IMG/VR virus record: IMGVR_UViG_3300048599_000191
Span: 1 to 40,246 of that record
DNA: 40,246 nucleotides
Reading direction: 5' to 3' (one strand)
Origin: a virus
Below are positions 40,197-40,246 of this stretch, piece after piece. The first letter of the stretch is position 1. Each line of letters starts with the position of its first letter. Both the position numbers and the translations under genes were made by a program. The notes below the pieces were generated by a model. That model made no database searches. It had not been told where the DNA came from and saw only the letters and a program-made list of their open reading frames with translations.

Positions 40197-40246
40197 CGCG
40201 ACGCGCGGAGCGACGGCTGATGATGCGGACAGTGCGTCGGCGGCTG
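40120..40246. repeat. Terminal direct repeat copy B (identical to 1-127)
   Basis: 127/127 identity. Confidence 0.97.

Larger units (their letters stand above)
1..40246. mobile_element. Complete circular temperate phage / excised prophage genome (unique unit 40,119 bp)
   Basis: Exact end overlap, integrase plus attP, CI/Cro switch, terminase-portal-capsid-tail-lysis module, no cellular housekeeping genes. Confidence 0.85.

Overview
The window is a closed circle. Bases 1-127 are identical to 40120-40246, giving a unique length of 40,119 bp. It reads as the complete genome of a GC-rich temperate, short-tailed (podovirus-like) phage or excised prophage. An alphaproteobacterial (Rhizobiales-like) host is inferred from codon bias, a DUF2312/GapR homologue, a GH108 lysin and a tRNA-Asp attP.

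Layout:
- Leftward early operon (minus strand, about 7900 down to 137, wrapping to 40196-39927). It is mostly translationally coupled (ATGA stop-start overlaps). It holds two HNH nucleases, a sigma-region-4-like HTH, Cys-rich small proteins, an excisionase-like gene, the integrase, attP, a J-domain protein and a Gp49-like protein.
- Lambda-style immunity switch (7939-8926): CI-like and Cro-like genes with three copies of an AATCCGA-N5-TCGGATT operator.
- Rightward early module (8927-12466): two perfect DnaA boxes, an MT-A70 methyltransferase, a protein whose gene carries iteron-like 21-bp repeats, and a GapR-like protein. I recognise no polymerase, helicase or primase.
- Regulatory block (12467-16819): an RHH protein, a NusG-like factor, a 285-bp structured non-coding leader, a second DNA methyltransferase, a Cre-like second tyrosine recombinase with a 34-bp lox-like inverted repeat, and a 33-aa Lys/Pro-rich ORF with a strong terminator.
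- Structural and lysis module (16881-39842): terS, terL, portal, an inserted fibre module, scaffold, capsid, decoration and tail proteins, a GNAT embedded in the tail genes, an S74-chaperone fibre, a cell-wall-hydrolase virion protein, a collar-domain fibre flanked by two antisense morons, a GH108 endolysin, spanins and a holin-like protein.

All family assignments rest on motif recognition by eye; no database searches were run.
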